24,124 nucleotides of DNA from Ginkgo biloba. Taxonomy: Eukaryota > Plantae > Ginkgophyta. The notes under the pieces were generated by a model, which had not been told where the DNA came from, searched no databases, and was given only the letters and a program-made list of their open reading frames with translations. This document shows positions 21,788 through 24,124 of this stretch, piece after piece; the first letter of the stretch is position 1, and each line of letters opens with the position of its first letter. The translations under genes were made by a program, and so were the position numbers. The stretch is from positions 165,139,151 to 165,163,274 of the forward strand of contig JANKJI020000002.1 in assembly GCA_024626585.2 (NCBI GenBank), given 5' to 3'.

Positions 21788-22215
21788 TCATGATTTCTTG
21801 ACTACATCCAACAAGGTGATGGATAATTCCATCTATAGATGAGACCATTCTTTGATGACTTCCAAATTAGATTTCAAATGAGTTCCTTTAAGATTTTCCA
21901 TGGTCGACCCTTCTGGTATTGTCTTGTTGATGTCCTCCATTTTCTTGAGGCTATCTTTGTAAAGTTTTGCATGTGCCATCATCCTCTGTTTATCTCACTC
22001 AAATTGATCTTTATAATGGTTGAGCACTCTAATGAACTTATGCATCTCTCCCTTGGTTTGTATGTATTTATGTTGAGCTTATTGGTAATGGGTAGCCAAT
22101 GTCTTTGTATCCTCAACATTATCCATCTTGATGCTAAGTTTGTCAACAATCGCTTTTGTTTCCTTGAGCTTTTGAAAGGCTCCTTGAATTAGCTGGGCAT
22201 GTTTGGCAAAGTACT
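21788..22215 (-). pseudogene. Env-like / extra coiled-coil ORF just upstream of the PPT
   Basis: YFAKHAQLIQGAFQKLKETKAIVDKLSIKMDNVEDTKTLATHYQ*AQHKYIQTKGEMHKFIRVLNHYKDQFE*DKQRMMAHAKLYKDSLKKMEDINK...LKSNLEVIKEWSHL*MELSITLLDVVKKS*: ~140 codons, 3 internal stops, heptad-like. It is sense with the LTR and is not RNase H or integrase. Confidence 0.5.
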
Positions 22216-23484
22216 ACGCAAATAGGGACACTTATTCCCTCATAGAGGTAATCTAGAATCAATAATAAGTGGAAGTGGTACCAATACTCTATGGATTGAT
22301 AGAAGGTCCAATTCTCTAAGAATATAATGTTTATCATAAGACAATAGCATAGATTTCTAGTAGTATATAAATAAGACACGATAGATTTAAATATTAGTTT
22401 GGATGATGAGGGAGGCATATCGAGTAGAGATTCTTTGGAAATGAGATGATATTGACAAGACATTTCCTATAGGAGGGTGTACCTTATATAATAAGGTAAT
22501 GATTTGTATATTATTGGGTGAGTCAAAATATCCCAATGTTACCAAATATAGATTCTTTATAATTTATTTACTATGTATGAACATGCATACAATCCTATCA
22601 ACTTGAATTCTAGAAAAAATCAAGTCAAGAACAAATGGGTTTGACCACACACATCAATTATTACAAAGAGACATAAAACTTTTAAATTAGAGAAACCCTC
22701 ATGGGGAATAAAAATCTAGATTTTATTAATAATAGTATTTACAACAAGGAGTTATAAATCATGTGCCTATGCTTTTGTTCTTAGATTCAGCCTACATAAC
22801 TTTGCACAAAAAATGTTTGATCTCTCTTGACGTCTTCTCCAAAAATTCACCATCTACCTATTATTCTTCTTTCTCCATCCTTTTAGTCCTCCTTATCAAA
22901 CCTCTATCGGTTTCCTATTTAGTTATTATAACTTCCCAAGAAGTTGAAGTAGATTTCAATAATCATTTGCATCACTTTTTGCTTCCATGAGNNNNNNNNN
23001 NNNNNNNNNNNNNNNNNNNNNNNNNNNNNNNNNNNNNNNNNNNNNNNNNNNNNNNNNNNNNNNNNNNNNNNNNNNNNNNNNNNNNNNNNNNTTGATTATT
23101 TTTTGTGATTTTTCTTATTTTTTATTTATTTTTTAACTTTAAAATATGTGTATCTTTGGTGATCTCATAGGGCACTAAAATTAGTCAAATCGTGGTCTAT
23201 GTGTAGGTAACCACTATTCAAAACTCATTAAATAATAAAATTTTCAATTATCACACAGGATACCAGTATTCAGTCATATGACCTCTTTCAAGTGAAAGAA
23301 AATAAAATTCAACACAAAACTATCTTTTAAAAATTTTAAAAAGACACTTGCTTAACCCAAAAATAGGGTTAGCATCGTTTTTCCATGTGACCACATACGA
23401 GATCTTATGTTTATCTCTTTTTAATTTTAAATTTTTAAAAAATTAATAAATTTAAGGGGAAAATAAAAAAAAAATTAGTCTTAC

Positions 23485-23878
23485 CCCTGCAATGCATTTG
23501 CAAGTCCCGGATCGATCAATTTGAATCGCCAAATAGATTCAAATCTACACAAATTATGGTCTCTGTCTGTGCGTTTAGGATTCTTCTTTGCGTCATCGTT
23601 TGGATTTTGGTTACTTTCCCCACACCTCGCTTCGAATATCACCACAATAGTCACTGTCAATTCATTCAAACTCTCTACGGGCAACGCATCCTCGGCTCTC
23701 GCCTGCTACCAGGTACCCTCGGCAACATTTCACAGAGTTCTCCACTAAGCTCTACCTCCCATGAGCTAGCATAGTAGTGACGTCTCTGTTTAAACCCACA
23801 TCTCACCACGGGCTTTGGCGTTGTCTTTATTTCTACGATGGTTCTCTGAATCTCCACTAATAGCCTCACGGGCTTCAC
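23485..23878 (-). other. Putative internal exon of a minus-strand host transcript (terminal coding + 3'UTR, 5'UTR or lncRNA)
   Basis: Acceptor ...CTCTCCAATGTTCATAGCAG|GTG (exon start 23878) after a T-rich intron-like stretch, and donor CAGGG|GTAAGA (exon end 23485). GC and CpG content rise sharply between the two sites. No frame is open end to end. Confidence 0.5.
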
Positions 23879-24124
23879 CTGCTATGAACATTGGAGAGTG
23901 AACATAATGTGAGAAGGCGATCCTCAGTCCTTTCACGTGCTTCATGAGTTATAACATGAACAAACCCATTCAAATTCCACTGAAGACATACAAATCTTAG
24001 GCTTTAAGAATTAATCTTCAAAAACATCTCATAGTGTAGAACAATCACTAAATATCCCTTATACTAATTTAACGAACGAGTCCAAAATCACTCACATATT
24101 TGCTTAATTTATGAACATAGTCCA

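Noticed and set aside
21839-22192. 117-aa hydrophobic plus-strand ORF
   Set aside because: Antisense shadow of the minus-strand coiled-coil ORF.
23556-23774. 72-aa plus-strand ORF with a signal-peptide-like N-terminus (CLE/secreted peptide?)
   Set aside because: No CLE/CEP/RALF motif. The hydrophobicity is explained as the antisense of a hydrophilic purine-rich strand, and splice signals favour the minus strand.
1-24124. CRISPR arrays, rRNA/tRNA genes, prokaryotic operons or defence systems
   Set aside because: No regularly spaced repeats or RNA-gene signatures seen; the sequence is eukaryotic TE-rich DNA. tRNA-like matches are only PBSs.

Overview
AT-rich, CpG-depleted plant nuclear DNA, partly N-masked. 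It is most likely a gymnosperm/conifer, inferred from the character of the retroelement proteins. No intact protein-coding gene is supportable; the window is a stack of old, C->T-eroded transposons. From left to right: (1) a minus-strand non-LTR retrotransposon (1-~2200) with an APE endonuclease ORF2 and an ORF1 of the RRM/CTD 'IFLDEDLT' type, which is not the usual angiosperm L1 ORF1; (2) a plus-strand RPA70-like pseudogene with an intron, a possible decayed Helitron 3' end, and further unidentified decayed ORFs (3.2-6.9 kb); (3) a CRM-like Gypsy protease remnant; (4) a near-complete but dead Tat/Ogre-like Gypsy gag-pol (8.8-15.5 kb) whose RT core is deleted in frame; (5) LTR fragments, and a tRNA-Met-primed LTR element interrupted by a minus-strand Copia-like 3' LTR with an env-like coiled-coil ORF and a decayed TGTCGGTG motif array; (6) a CpG-retaining, splice-site-bounded minus-strand exon at 23485-23878, which may mean the TE pile lies in a giant intron. 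All protein assignments come from manual translation across stops and frameshifts and from recalled family motifs. No database search was run.
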